Shown: piece by piece, positions 39,227-52,256 of the stretch
Layout of the letters: each line of letters starts with the position of its first letter
Position numbering within the stretch: position 1 is the first letter of the stretch
From: Polyangiales bacterium
GTDB lineage: Bacteria; Myxococcota_A; Polyangia; Polyangiales; Polyangiaceae
Assembly (NCBI GenBank): GCA_038231275.1
Contig: JBBRLQ010000011.1
Coordinates: 128,001-192,000 of the forward strand
DNA length: 64,000 nt
Direction of reading: 5' to 3'
The notes under the pieces: model-generated
The model's database searches: none
Told to the model about the DNA's origin: nothing
Seen by the model: the letters and a program-made list of their open reading frames with translations, nothing else
Position numbers and translations under genes: made by a program

Positions 39227-40080
39227 CCGCTCGAGAAGTCGGCCTGCAGGCACTTCGACGCCCCGTGGTCGGGGCCGGTGAAGAGCTCCACGCACGCCGC
39301 CTTCTGCGTGTACGCGGCGCACCCGCAGCCGCTCGCCGCCGACTCGCACGCGTTGATGTCGGTCGTCGTCGAGTTGGTGTCCTTCGCGCACGCGTCGCAC
39401 GCGGCCACGCGGCACTCGGTCGCCGCGAGGAAATCGTGCGCGCAGCTCTCGTTGCACGGCTCGAGGAGCGCGATGCAGCCGGCCGTGTTGGGGCTGACGA
39501 ATCCGCCCGTCGCGACGAGCGCGCCGAGCGCGGTGCCGGTCGTCGGGAGGAGGCATTCTTGGCACGCCTTGCCGTCCGCGGTTCCCGTGAACGCCTTGCA
39601 CGCGGCGCCGCCGTCGGTCTGTGTGCCGAGGCACACACTCTTGAACGTGCTGCGTTGCGCGGCGGAGCACTTGCCCTGGTGGTACGCGGTCGGCGCGATC
39701 CACTTCGGCGTGAAGGTCACGGTTCCCGGTGGCGAGCAGATCCCGCCGGCGTCGTTCGGCGTGCAGGTCACGCCCGCGTCGGGCACCGCGGTACCGATCG
39801 CGACGCACGCGGGAAGGGGCCCGCTGTCCTTGCCGCTGCTTCCACTGGTGCCACTGGTGCCACTGGTGCCACTGGTGCCACTGGTGCCACTGGTGCCACT
39901 GGTGCCACTGGTGCCGCTGGTGCCGCTGGTTCCACTGGTTCCACTGGTACCGCGGGTGCCGCTAGTGCCGCTGGTTCCGCTGCTGCCGCCATCGCTGATC
40001 GTGGTGGTGGTCGTCGTCGTGCACGCGAAGACGGAGACGAGAAAGGGCAAGGTCACAAGGGAGGCTTGGATGAGCTTCAT
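39190..40080 (-). CDS. Cys-rich lipoprotein with (GTS)n linker
   Basis: Lipobox VFAC, poly-Thr, Gly-Thr-Ser repeat, Cys-rich C-terminal domain. Confidence 0.8.
   Translation of the reverse strand: MKLIQASLVTLPFLVSVFACTTTTTTTISDGGSSGTSGTSGTRGTSGTSGTSGTSGTSGTSGTSGTSGTSGTSGTSGTSGSSGKDSGPLPACVAIGTAVPDAGVTCTPNDAGGICSPPGTVTFTPKWIAPTAYHQGKCSAAQRSTFKSVCLGTQTDGGAACKAFTGTADGKACQECLLPTTGTALGALVATGGFVSPNTAGCIALLEPCNESCAHDFLAATECRVAACDACAKDTNSTTTDINACESAASGCGCAAYTQKAACVELFTGPDHGASKCLQADFSSGYDVVSEVFCGP
39842..39985. repeat. 9-bp tandem repeat (CCACTGGTG)n, 16 units, encoding GTS on the minus strand
   Basis: 8 perfect copies at 39842-39913 followed by 8 variant copies. Confidence 0.95.
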
Positions 40081-40213
40081 GCTTGACGGGGTAGCCGGCA
40101 CGCCCCTCGGGCAAACGTCCCCAGGTTTCCCACAGCCCATCGGCTCGTTTCCGGCGCCCGAACGCCTCGCGCGCTCCCTTCGCGGTGCTCCTCGTGCTAG
40201 CGAATCGAGACCG

Positions 40214-43837
<3,624 letters not shown>

Positions 43838-43852
43838 GCGCGAGCGCGAGCT

Positions 43853-44335
43853 TCAGGGCCGCCACGCGCGGAACGCGAAGTGGCCGAGCGGGTAGGTCTG
43901 GAAGCCGACGCGTGCGAGATCGATCGTGAGCTCGCCGCCGCGCCCGATGGCCAAGGCCCGATCGACGGGCGCGATCGTGTACCACCACGCCGCCGCACCC
44001 TCGACGCGCGCGGTGAAGGGCGTCTCAGCTCCTCGCGCGTCCACGTGGATGGCCGTCAGGGTGAGATCGCGCGCGCCGGGGACTGGGGCGTCGAGCCTCA
44101 CGGCCCAGCGCCCACCTTCGCCATCTGCCGCGCACGCGAACCGCCCGTCGTCCGCGTCACCCCGCAGTATGCCGCACGGACCCTCGTTCTCCGCGGCCGG
44201 CGCGGGGAGGCTCGGACCCGAGACGATCTGCTCGTGCACCGCGGCGGTCGCCGGCGTCTCGCGCGCGGTCGCCGCGAAGAGCGGCAAGCTCAACGCGAGG
44301 GCGACGGCGGCGATGCGGGGGCTCAGGAAGCGCAC
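43853..44335 (-). CDS. Secreted hypothetical protein
   Basis: Signal-like RIAAVALALSLPLFAA from GTG 44335; strong sigma54 motif immediately upstream. Confidence 0.6.
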   Translation of the reverse strand: MRFLSPRIAAVALALSLPLFAATARETPATAAVHEQIVSGPSLPAPAAENEGPCGILRGDADDGRFACAADGEGGRWAVRLDAPVPGARDLTLTAIHVDARGAETPFTARVEGAAAWWYTIAPVDRALAIGRGGELTIDLARVGFQTYPLGHFAFRAWRP

Positions 44336-44347
44336 AGCAAGACACTT

Positions 44348-44363
44348 TGCAACGGGCGTGCCG
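44348..44363 (-). promoter_or_regulatory. Sigma54 (-24/-12) promoter, near consensus
   Basis: Minus strand CGGCAC-GCCCG-TTGCA vs consensus TGGCAC-N5-TTGCW. Confidence 0.7.
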
Positions 44364-44450
44364 ACGTGAAATCGCGCAGATCCGGCACGACCGTTAGCGA
44401 AACGTGTGTTGCGCCGGCCACACGTCGTCACACGAAGGGCCGGGCGTGCG

Positions 44451-45353
44451 TCAGGTACCGAGCTTGGCGATCTCCGCCTCCGCGCGCGCGCGATCCTCTT
44501 CGTGCTTCACGAGGACGCCGAGCGTCTGCCGCGCGAGCTCCGGATCGAGCGCGCTCGCGCCGAGCGCCACGAGCGCGCGCGCCCAGTCGATCGTCTCTGC
44601 GATCGATGGCGCCTTTCGGAGACCGAGCCCACGCAGGCTCGTCGCGAACCGCGCCAGCTCCGCGGCGAGCGTCTTCGACAGCCCAGGGACGCGCAGCTCG
44701 AGGATGGCGAGCTCACGCGACGGGGGAGGGTAGTCGAGGAACAAGTGCAGACATCTTCGCCTCAGCGCGTCGGTCATGTCGCGCGTGGCGTTGGTCGTGA
44801 GGAGCACGAGCGCCGGGCTCTTCGCGCGGATCGTCCCGAGCTCGGGGATCGTGACCTGACGTTCGGCGAGGATCTCGAGGAGGAACGCCTCGAACTCGGG
44901 ATCGGCGCGATCGACCTCGTCGATGAGCAGCACGACCGGAACGTCGCTCGTCAGCGCCTGCAGGAGCGGGCGGGGCACGAGGAAGCGCTCGTTGAAGAAG
45001 GCGTCGCTCACCCCGGCGATGCGCTCCGCCGCCTCGATGAGCGAGCCCGCGCCGGTCACTTGGGTCGCCACCGCGTCACGGAGCAGCTGCGTGTAGAGCA
45101 TCTGCTTGGCGTAGTCCCACTCGTACAGGGCCCTACCCTCGTCGAGCCCCTCGTAGCACTGCAGACGGATGAGCGGCCGACCGAGCGATTCGGCGAGGGC
45201 GCGGGCGAGATCGGTCTTGCCGACGCCGGGCGGCCCCTCGACGAGGAGCGGACGCTCGAGCGTCAGCCCCAGCCAGGCGACGAGAACCGTTTTCGGGTCG
45301 GCGAGGTAGGTCGCCGAGAGGGCCTTCTCGAGAGCCGCGACGGTCGGGACCAC
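44451..45353 (-). CDS. MoxR-family AAA+ ATPase (CoxD-like subgroup)
   Basis: VEGPPGVGKT, RLQCYEGLD, LYEWDY, LIDEVDRAD, DALRRRC. Confidence 0.92.
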   Translation of the reverse strand: MVPTVAALEKALSATYLADPKTVLVAWLGLTLERPLLVEGPPGVGKTDLARALAESLGRPLIRLQCYEGLDEGRALYEWDYAKQMLYTQLLRDAVATQVTGAGSLIEAAERIAGVSDAFFNERFLVPRPLLQALTSDVPVVLLIDEVDRADPEFEAFLLEILAERQVTIPELGTIRAKSPALVLLTTNATRDMTDALRRRCLHLFLDYPPPSRELAILELRVPGLSKTLAAELARFATSLRGLGLRKAPSIAETIDWARALVALGASALDPELARQTLGVLVKHEEDRARAEAEIAKLGT

Positions 45354-45412
45354 GACCCCGACTTTCGCACATCTTTCGCGGTATTGCTCGCTGGTTGTGT
45401 ATCCTTCCCGGG

Positions 45413-46675
45413 ATGAGTGATCGGGATGACCTGCTGCGCGTCGACGCGACGGGCACCGTTCATCCGGTAGGACGCGTAGCGAGCCAGTTCCTGCGCGCGA
45501 GGGCCGGCGAGTGGCGTGTCCTTCGGGCGCCGAACGACGTCGTCCTCATGCGCCCGAGCGCGATGGACGGCTCGGTGCTCAAGCTCGCCGGCGAGATGCG
45601 CACCCCCGGCGCGCTGTGTGACATCGTGGCGCTCGCCTCGCAGTCCGGTTGGCGCGGCGAGCTCACGGTCCTCTGCGACCAAGGGCAGCGCTCGTTCTAT
45701 TTCGACGCCGGCAACGTCGTCGGCGCCTCCACCACCGTCCCCGACGAGCGAATCGGCGAGACCCTCTACCGCTTCGGCGTCATTACGCGCGAGCAGCTCG
45801 AGGCCATCGTGCGCAGCGCCGAGTCCACCGGCAAGCGCGTCGGCGAGGCCGCCATCGAGCTCGAGTTCGTCACCGCCGAAGAACTCTACCCGATGATGGC
45901 GCGCCAAGTGGAAGAGGTCTTCTACGCCGCCATCCACGTCACCGAGGGCAGCTTCTATTTCTACGATCGCTTCGACGAGAAGGTCCTCATCCGGCGCCAC
46001 AGCCTGAACGCGGGCGCGCTCCTCCTCGAGGCGGCGCGGCGCATGGACGAGATGAAATATTTCCGGGAGAAGATCCCGAACGACACGTTCATCCCGGTAC
46101 CGACCGCGTCAGGCAAGAAGCCCCCGGACGAGCTCGCCGAGGTCCTCGCGCAGTGCGACGGCAAGCGCAACATCGCCGACATCGGGCGCCGCATCGGACA
46201 GCTCGAGTTCGAGATCACGCGGTCGCTTTTCCAGCTGAGCAACGCCGGCTTGGTGATGATGACGGCTGCCCGTCCCCAGGGGCCCGAGGCCATCGTCGAG
46301 GTCTTCAACCCTGCGCTCGCGGCCATCCACACGGCCTGCGACGAAGAGGGGAAGGGGGCCGACCTGCGCGAGGGCCTTTCGCGGTTCGCGACCGGCGGAG
46401 GGGTGTACGATCCGCTCTTCATGATGGCGGGGCCGCTCGACGATGGGACGTTCAAGCCGGAGCGCGTCGCCAAGAACCTGGCGGCGCTCGCGGGCGACGA
46501 TCCGGACGCGTGGCTCGTGCAGCTCATGCAAGAGTACGTCGGCTTCGCGACGTTCCAGGCCGAGTCGCTCGTGCCGCGCGAGGTGCTGTCGCAGCTGTCC
46601 GCGAAGGTGTCGGAGCTGCTGAAGCCGCTCCGTCAGCTCGAAACGGTGCAACCGGGATCGAGGAGGGGGGAATGA
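45413..46675 (+). CDS. DUF4388-domain protein
   Basis: LAGEM...DIV...SGWRGELTV...FDAGNVVGA...ERIGETL pattern; TATCCT 7 nt before ATG. Confidence 0.75.
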   Translation: MSDRDDLLRVDATGTVHPVGRVASQFLRARAGEWRVLRAPNDVVLMRPSAMDGSVLKLAGEMRTPGALCDIVALASQSGWRGELTVLCDQGQRSFYFDAGNVVGASTTVPDERIGETLYRFGVITREQLEAIVRSAESTGKRVGEAAIELEFVTAEELYPMMARQVEEVFYAAIHVTEGSFYFYDRFDEKVLIRRHSLNAGALLLEAARRMDEMKYFREKIPNDTFIPVPTASGKKPPDELAEVLAQCDGKRNIADIGRRIGQLEFEITRSLFQLSNAGLVMMTAARPQGPEAIVEVFNPALAAIHTACDEEGKGADLREGLSRFATGGGVYDPLFMMAGPLDDGTFKPERVAKNLAALAGDDPDAWLVQLMQEYVGFATFQAESLVPREVLSQLSAKVSELLKPLRQLETVQPGSRRGE

Positions 46676-47340
46676 TGACGAGTGAAAACCCGAGGCCGAA
46701 GTCGACGCCACCAGACGAAAAGGTCGGCGGCGCGGCGAGCGGCAAACGTCTGCGCCGCGACGAGATCGTCGTCGAGGCGACCCGGCTGTTCGCGGAGCGC
46801 GGCTACGAGGGGGCCAGCATGGCCGATTTGGCGGAGCGCGTCGGACTCCGGAAGGCCTCCTTGTTTCATCACTTCGCGAGCAAGGACGTGCTGTACGCCG
46901 CCGTCTTGGAGCGGCTCATCATCCCAGTGAGCGGCGCCATCCAGAGCGCGATGCTGACCGAGGGCTCCCTCGAGCATCGCCTCGACGCGCTCAGCGACGC
47001 GATCACGCAGGTCCTCCACGGCCAGCCATTCGCGGCACGCCTCCTCGTGCGCGAGGCGATGGACTGGGGGCCGGTCATGCGCGACCACCTGGCGAGCTCG
47101 CTCCAGGCCGTCCTTCATGCGGCGGCGCAGTTCGCGAAGGTGGGTCAAGAGGCGGGCGTCTTCGTCGAAGGCGACACAGGCCAGCTCATCATGACGATCG
47201 TGGGCGTCCACTTCATGCCCTTCGCGATCCCCCAGGTGACCGAGGGCTTTCTCCAGATGAGCCCGTACGACGCGCCGTTCCTCGAAGCCCGCAAGATCGC
47301 CGTCCGCGCGCACATCCGCGGCATCGCCCTGAAGAAATAG
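46672..47340 (+). CDS. TetR/AcrR-family transcriptional regulator
   Basis: ATRLFAERGYEGASMADLAERVGLRKASLFHHFASK; ATGA overlap with upstream gene. Confidence 0.92.
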   Translation: MMTSENPRPKSTPPDEKVGGAASGKRLRRDEIVVEATRLFAERGYEGASMADLAERVGLRKASLFHHFASKDVLYAAVLERLIIPVSGAIQSAMLTEGSLEHRLDALSDAITQVLHGQPFAARLLVREAMDWGPVMRDHLASSLQAVLHAAAQFAKVGQEAGVFVEGDTGQLIMTIVGVHFMPFAIPQVTEGFLQMSPYDAPFLEARKIAVRAHIRGIALKK

Positions 47341-47368
47341 TCGAGCGGAAGTCGTAAGGACGGTTGCT

Positions 47369-48130
47369 CTAGGTCGCCCCGTGGCGTCCGGCGCCCTTCG
47401 CGAAGCGCGTCGCGCCGGAGCTCGCTTCGCCGCTGGCGAGCGGCTCGAGGCCGTGACGTAGCTCGTTCGAGAGGGCCTGCGCGACGGGGAGCTCGTGCTG
47501 CTCGTACGCGCTCATGCGATCGGAGCGGAGGCAGGTCTGCGGGAGTGCGGCGAGCTCGCCGGCGAGCGCCTCGGCGGCGGCGCGCGCGCAGCCCTTGGGG
47601 ACGACGCGGTTGACGAGGCCCATCGCCAGCGCCTCGTCGGCGCGAACGCCGCGGCCGGTGAGGATGAGATCCATCGCGCGCGAGAGGCCGATCAGGCGAG
47701 GGAGGCGCACGGTGCCGCCGTCGATGAGCGGCACCCCCCAGCGGCGGCAAAAAACGCCGAGCACTGCGTCTTCCTCGGCGACGCGCAGGTCGCAGAAGAG
47801 CGCGAGCTCGAGGCCGCCGGCGACCGCGTACCCGCTGATCGCCGCGACGACGGGCTTTCCGAGGACCATCCGCGTCGGGCCCATCGGTCCGTCTCCGTCG
47901 GGCGCGACGCGGTTGCCTCGGCCGGCCGCGATCCCTTTCAGGTCCGCGCCCGCACAGAAGGTGCCGCCTTCGCCCCAGAGGACCGCGACGTGCGCGCGGT
48001 CGTCGGCGTCGAACGCGCGAAACGCGTCGGCGAGGGCCTGCGCGGTTGGGCCGTCGACGGCGTTCTTCACCTCCGGACGGGACAGGACGATGGTGCGGAC
48101 GGGCCCCTCGTTTTCGACGCGGACGCTCAT
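47369..48130 (-). CDS. Enoyl-CoA hydratase/isomerase (crotonase) family protein
   Basis: FCAGADL, AISGYAVAGGLELALFCDLR, FCRRWGVPLIDGGT. Confidence 0.92.
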   Translation of the reverse strand: MSVRVENEGPVRTIVLSRPEVKNAVDGPTAQALADAFRAFDADDRAHVAVLWGEGGTFCAGADLKGIAAGRGNRVAPDGDGPMGPTRMVLGKPVVAAISGYAVAGGLELALFCDLRVAEEDAVLGVFCRRWGVPLIDGGTVRLPRLIGLSRAMDLILTGRGVRADEALAMGLVNRVVPKGCARAAAEALAGELAALPQTCLRSDRMSAYEQHELPVAQALSNELRHGLEPLASGEASSGATRFAKGAGRHGAT

Positions 48131-48178
48131 CGCGCACGAGGGTACGGCGAGCGTGCGCAGTTTGGTAGGCTCTCCGCG

Positions 48179-48970
48179 ATGGGCTTCGCCGAAGACGCCG
48201 AGCGCGCGAGCGCGTACCTCGTCGATCGCGTGCGCGCTGCGGCCGGAGCGCGATGGGCACAAGGTCAGCACGCGCCGTCCCTCGCCGTGGTCGGCGCCGG
48301 GCCATCGCTGGAGACGCTCGCGCGTGTGAGGCTCTGGCGCGTGCCCTTGCACGTCGCGCTCGGCGTCGTCGCGTGGAGCCACGGCGAGCGCGACGTGGAG
48401 CTCTTGTCCACCGTCCCGGCGCCGCGCCACGTCCTCGCGCTACAGGCGCGCGGGCGACGGTGCGTCTCGCTTCTCCCTGACGATGCCGTGCCGAGCGGGC
48501 AAACCGGGCTCGACTTCGCGCTCCACGATCTCTGCCACCTGGAGAAATTCGTGGAGCCGGCTCACCACGCCGAGCAGATCGGATTCTTCCGGCGCGTCGA
48601 CGCGGCGATCGACACCGCGGGTTGGCGCGCGTTCGACAGGCGCTTCGACGTCGCATGGACGCAGGACGTCGAGCACGTCGTCGCCGACATGAACGGGTCG
48701 GCGATCTTCCTCTTCGCCGCGCTCAAGATGAAGTTGAAGATGGCGGTCCGGCGCGAGCTCGCGCGCGCGGAAGGCCGACCCGCTCCCACCGGCGGTCCAT
48801 TGAGCACGGGAGAAGCATCGGCGTTCGACCGCGCGCAAGAAGAGCTGCTCGCTCTCCTCGGCCTCGACGGAGACGCCGCGGGCGCGGCGCGCGCGGTCTC
48901 GACGAAAAGGGACGCGCCGGACGCGGCGACGCGCCTGCAAGGGTATTTCGCGTCTATGCTGACCGGATGA
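48179..48970 (+). CDS. Hypothetical protein with HDxxH motif
   Basis: LDFALHDLCHLEKF...EQIGFF...DMN; TAGGCT 7 nt before ATG. Confidence 0.65.
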   Translation: MGFAEDAERASAYLVDRVRAAAGARWAQGQHAPSLAVVGAGPSLETLARVRLWRVPLHVALGVVAWSHGERDVELLSTVPAPRHVLALQARGRRCVSLLPDDAVPSGQTGLDFALHDLCHLEKFVEPAHHAEQIGFFRRVDAAIDTAGWRAFDRRFDVAWTQDVEHVVADMNGSAIFLFAALKMKLKMAVRRELARAEGRPAPTGGPLSTGEASAFDRAQEELLALLGLDGDAAGAARAVSTKRDAPDAATRLQGYFASMLTG

Positions 48971-49380
48971 CGCGCGCGATCCTCTCCGCAGTGGTGCTCT
49001 CCGCCGGCATGCTCTGGGCGCCGCTCGCCGTTGCCGATGTCGCGCCGGCAAAGCCGCCGGACGACTGCTCCGTCGAGAAGCTTTGCAAGGCGGATGGCCA
49101 GACGTGCCCGGCGCTCGGCGGCATCGTCGACGAGAGCTGCGCGGCCGGCATGACGCAGCGCGGGATGGTCCAGAAGTGCATCCAGGGGGCGAGCGTCGGC
49201 AAAGCCATCTATTGCCCGGGCACGGCCGCGAGCGCGAGCGCGAGCAAGAAGAGCTGCGGAAAATCGGAGATCGCCCCGACGACGCCCTTCGAAGGGGCGA
49301 GCGCGCTTGGCCTCGTCGCTACAGCGCTCGCTGTCGCCGGGCTTCGTAGAGCGCGATCGCGGCGCTCACCGACGCGTTGA
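48967..49380 (+). CDS. Small secreted Cys-rich protein with MYXO-CTERM-like tail
   Basis: Signal ending AVA-DVA; six Cys; SCG...ALGLVATALAVAGLRRARSRR. Confidence 0.7.
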   Translation: MTRAILSAVVLSAGMLWAPLAVADVAPAKPPDDCSVEKLCKADGQTCPALGGIVDESCAAGMTQRGMVQKCIQGASVGKAIYCPGTAASASASKKSCGKSEIAPTTPFEGASALGLVATALAVAGLRRARSRRSPTR

Positions 49381-50038
49381 GCGACGACATCGGTCCGTGC
49401 ATCGGCAGGCGCGCGAGCGCCCCGCATACCTTCTTCACGCCGCGCCGCAGGCCTTTGCCCTCGGCGCCCACGACGAGCACCACCGGACCTTTGAGATCCA
49501 CGCGATCGATCGCGAGCTCCGCTCCCGCGTCGAGCCCCACGACCGTGCAGCCTGCGTCGGCGAGGCGCGTGAGCGCTTCGGCGAGGTTGGTCACGCGGCA
49601 CAGCGTCGCGTGCTCGATGGCCCCCGCCGACGCGCGGAACGTCGCCGGGCTCAGCGGCGCCGAGTGGTGCTCGGGCCACACCACCGCCGTCGCGCCCATC
49701 GCGACCGCCGACCGCACGATCGCCCCGAAATTCTGCGGATCCTCGAGCTCGTCGAGCGCGACGACGAGGCCGTTCTCCATCGCCGCGACGTCTGCGAGCG
49801 CCACGAGCGCGAGCTCCGGCGCGAGCGCGATGGCGCCTTGATGCCGAGCCCCCTTCGCCATGCGATCGAGTTGGCTCCGCGACGCGCGCTCGACGGTGGC
49901 CCCCTGATCCGTGGCGAAGCGCGCGAGCGCTTCGAGCTGCGGCGCGTCCTTCTGCGCTTCGACGAGCACCTTGCCCAGCGCCGCGCCGTGCGCGCGAATG
50001 GCCTCGCGCACCGGCTGCATTCCGCAGATGAGCCTCAC
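49319..50038 (-). CDS. rlmB: 23S rRNA 2'-O-ribose methyltransferase (SPOUT, RlmB/TrmH family)
   Basis: HQGAIA, LDELEDPQNFGAIVRSA, VGAEGKG, SLNASVSAAIALYE. Confidence 0.9.
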   Translation of the reverse strand: MRLICGMQPVREAIRAHGAALGKVLVEAQKDAPQLEALARFATDQGATVERASRSQLDRMAKGARHQGAIALAPELALVALADVAAMENGLVVALDELEDPQNFGAIVRSAVAMGATAVVWPEHHSAPLSPATFRASAGAIEHATLCRVTNLAEALTRLADAGCTVVGLDAGAELAIDRVDLKGPVVLVVGAEGKGLRRGVKKVCGALARLPMHGPMSSLNASVSAAIALYEARRQRAL

Positions 50039-50766
50039 GGCGCGCGCCGGCTCTGCGCGAGACGCGCTTCCGCTTCGATCGCGCGCGCCGCGGCGAGCGG
50101 ATCGGCGGCATCACGGATCGGACGCCCGACGACGAGCCAGTCCGCGCCGTCCTCGATCGCGCGCGCCGCGGTCGCGACGCGCTTCTGATCGTCCTTGCCC
50201 GCCGCGTCCGACGCGCGCACGCCGGGCGTGATGAGTGTCGCCTCCGGCCCCAGCGCGGCACGCATTGCCCGGGCCTCGTGCGGCGAGCAGACGAACGCGC
50301 GCACTCCTTCGCCCCACGCCACCTTGGCGAGTCGTGCGGCGTGCGTCGCCACGTCTCCATCAACACCCATCTTGCCGAGGTCCGCCGCGTCGAGTGAGGT
50401 CAGCACGGTCACCGCGACGACCTCGAGCCCCGTCGCCGACGCGCGCGCGCGCTCCACGGCCCGCCGCAGCATCGTTGGACCACCCTGCGCATGCACGGTC
50501 GCGTATCGAACGCCGAGATCGGCTGCGCGCCCGATGGCCCGTTCGACGGTCTCCGGAATGTCGTGGAGCTTCAGATCGAGGAAGACCGGACGCCCGACCT
50601 CTTCGCCGAGCCGCGCGGCCGCAGGGCCTGCGTGGACGAAGAGCTCGAGCCCGACTTTGACCATACCAATCGCATCGCGCACCGCGAGCGCCGCGCGCCG
50701 TGCAGCATCGAGCTCCGGAAAATCCAGCGCAAAAACAATCGGCGACCCGGCGCTCATCGGGGGCAC
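50035..50766 (-). CDS. pyrF: Orotidine-5'-phosphate decarboxylase
   Basis: ALDF, KVGLEL, FLDLKLHDIPETV, VTVLTS, TPGVR, DQKR, VGRPI; start 50766 or 50757. Confidence 0.97.
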   Translation of the reverse strand: MPPMSAGSPIVFALDFPELDAARRAALAVRDAIGMVKVGLELFVHAGPAAARLGEEVGRPVFLDLKLHDIPETVERAIGRAADLGVRYATVHAQGGPTMLRRAVERARASATGLEVVAVTVLTSLDAADLGKMGVDGDVATHAARLAKVAWGEGVRAFVCSPHEARAMRAALGPEATLITPGVRASDAAGKDDQKRVATAARAIEDGADWLVVGRPIRDAADPLAAARAIEAEARLAQSRRAP

Positions 50767-50904
50767 TAAAGCACAAAGTGGTCTGGGACGCGCGAGGCTT
50801 GGTTTGGTCGGTCACGCCCGGACACTCACGAGCCGCGCCGCCGCCCGGGGAGGTGCGAGGGGAGCCTCCGCCGCCGCCCGCTTCTCTCATCTGCTCCCGC
50901 TCCG

Positions 50905-50992
50905 GTCGTGCGTCCGCACGACTTCGCGAAGCGATTGCGCCCGGGGGGAGGCTCGCTCGCCACGCGAGCGAGGGGGGACCTCCTGGTCCCCC
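50905..50992. repeat. Cluster of three perfect GC-rich hairpins (REP-like or terminator-like)
   Basis: GTCGTGCG/CGCACGAC (50905-922), CTCGCTCGC/GCGAGCGAG (50952-972), GGGGGACC/GGTCCCCC (50973-992). Confidence 0.6.
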
Positions 50993-51050
50993 ACCAGGGT
51001 TGGCCGCCAGTCTTGCCCGACCGCCCCCTACCGCCCGCGCCGCCCGCCCG

Positions 51051-51818
51051 TCACTGAATGCAAGAGCACAGCGGATCGCCCGGCTGGCAGTTGCACGCAG
51101 GCTTGTTGATCGGCTTGTTGACCGGCGCCGCCGCGCCCGTGTTCACGCGTCCGAGTGCTTGCCGTGCGGCCTGCTGCCTCTGCTGCGCGGCGAGGAGCGC
51201 CTTTTGCGCGTCCTGCTTGGCAGCCTCGTCCTTCGCGTTCTTCACCGCGTCCTCGAGCTGCGAGACGGCCTGGTTCTGCTCGTTGACCTCGCGCTGGAGC
51301 TTCTCGACCTGGGCCTTTTGCTCGGCGAGTTCCTTCTCGTGCTTCACGCGCTCGGCGTCCGCCGATTGACTCTTTTGGTAGAAGGCGTAGCCGCCGCCGA
51401 CGCCGCCGATGACGAGGAACGCCGCCGCCGCGACCGCGATGATCACGGCCTGCTTCTTCCCCTTGCTCTCCTTGATAGCGGTCATCTGCCGCTCGTGCTC
51501 TTGATGCCGGCGCATCGCCTCCATGCGGGCGGCGTTCTCGGCGTCGATGCGCGCGCGCTCGACCTCGCCGTGGCGGATGGCCTCGAGCCGCGCGGTCTCC
51601 TCGCGCTGGCGCTGCTCCTCTCCGCGACGTCGATCGTCCTCCTGACGGATGCGGGCCTCTTCGGCCTCGCGCGCGCGACGCTCGAGATCGCTCCGTGCGC
51701 TCTGCTCCGCCTGAGCGACGCGCTGCCGCTCGGCTTCCTCTTGTCGGATCCGATCCTCCTCGAGGTTCATGAGCTCTTTGAGGGAGAAAAGGACTGAGCT
51801 TTCTTTCTGTTCCGCCAT
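51051..51818 (-). CDS. Coiled-coil single-pass membrane protein with C-terminal Cys motif
   Basis: SVLFSLKEL, E/R-rich coil, TM, second coil, CNCQPGDPLCSC. Confidence 0.82.
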   Translation of the reverse strand: MAEQKESSVLFSLKELMNLEEDRIRQEEAERQRVAQAEQSARSDLERRAREAEEARIRQEDDRRRGEEQRQREETARLEAIRHGEVERARIDAENAARMEAMRRHQEHERQMTAIKESKGKKQAVIIAVAAAAFLVIGGVGGGYAFYQKSQSADAERVKHEKELAEQKAQVEKLQREVNEQNQAVSQLEDAVKNAKDEAAKQDAQKALLAAQQRQQAARQALGRVNTGAAAPVNKPINKPACNCQPGDPLCSCIQ

Positions 51819-52003
51819 GATGGTGTGTTTCTCTTCGGTACTATCCAAAAAGCTACAAGCAAGCGCGAGGGTTCGCAAACCCTCCTGTGCCTTCTAGCCG
51901 GCTTTGTAACGGGTCTGTGGGGAAAAAAGGTCCGAAAAAAGCGCGCAGGCTCCCGCCCACGAGCTGTGACAAGTGAGCGAAACCTTTGTACGGTGCTCGA
52001 GAA

Positions 52004-52219
52004 ATGGCCAGCACCGTCAACGCGCACATCACGGGCACCGTCTGGAAGATCGAGGTCAAGGAGGGCGACAACGTCCTCGAAGGGCAGACCTGCGTGATCC
52101 TCGAGTCGATGAAGATGGAGATGCCGGTCGAGGCCTCCACCAACGGCAAGGTGGAGAAGATCCACTGCGCCGAGGGGCAAGCGGTCAACGAGGGCGACGT
52201 CCTCATCACGCTCGCCTGA
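52004..52219 (+). CDS. Stand-alone biotin carboxyl carrier protein
   Basis: GTVWKIEV, ILESMKMEM (biotinylated Lys), EGQAVNEGD; 71 aa. Confidence 0.92.
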   Translation: MASTVNAHITGTVWKIEVKEGDNVLEGQTCVILESMKMEMPVEASTNGKVEKIHCAEGQAVNEGDVLITLA

Positions 52220-52256
52220 AACCGCCGCTCGCGCGCTGCGTGGTACGCTTCTCCCC

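Noticed and set aside
39842..39985. Possible CRISPR array
   Set aside because: 9-bp head-to-tail units with no spacers, inside a CDS; no cas genes in the window
39278..40213. 312-aa N-terminal extension of DnaE with (LVP)n repeat in the 1519-aa ORF
   Set aside because: It is the antisense reading of the (GTS)n lipoprotein; DnaE homology starts at MSAEFAHLHVH (40214)
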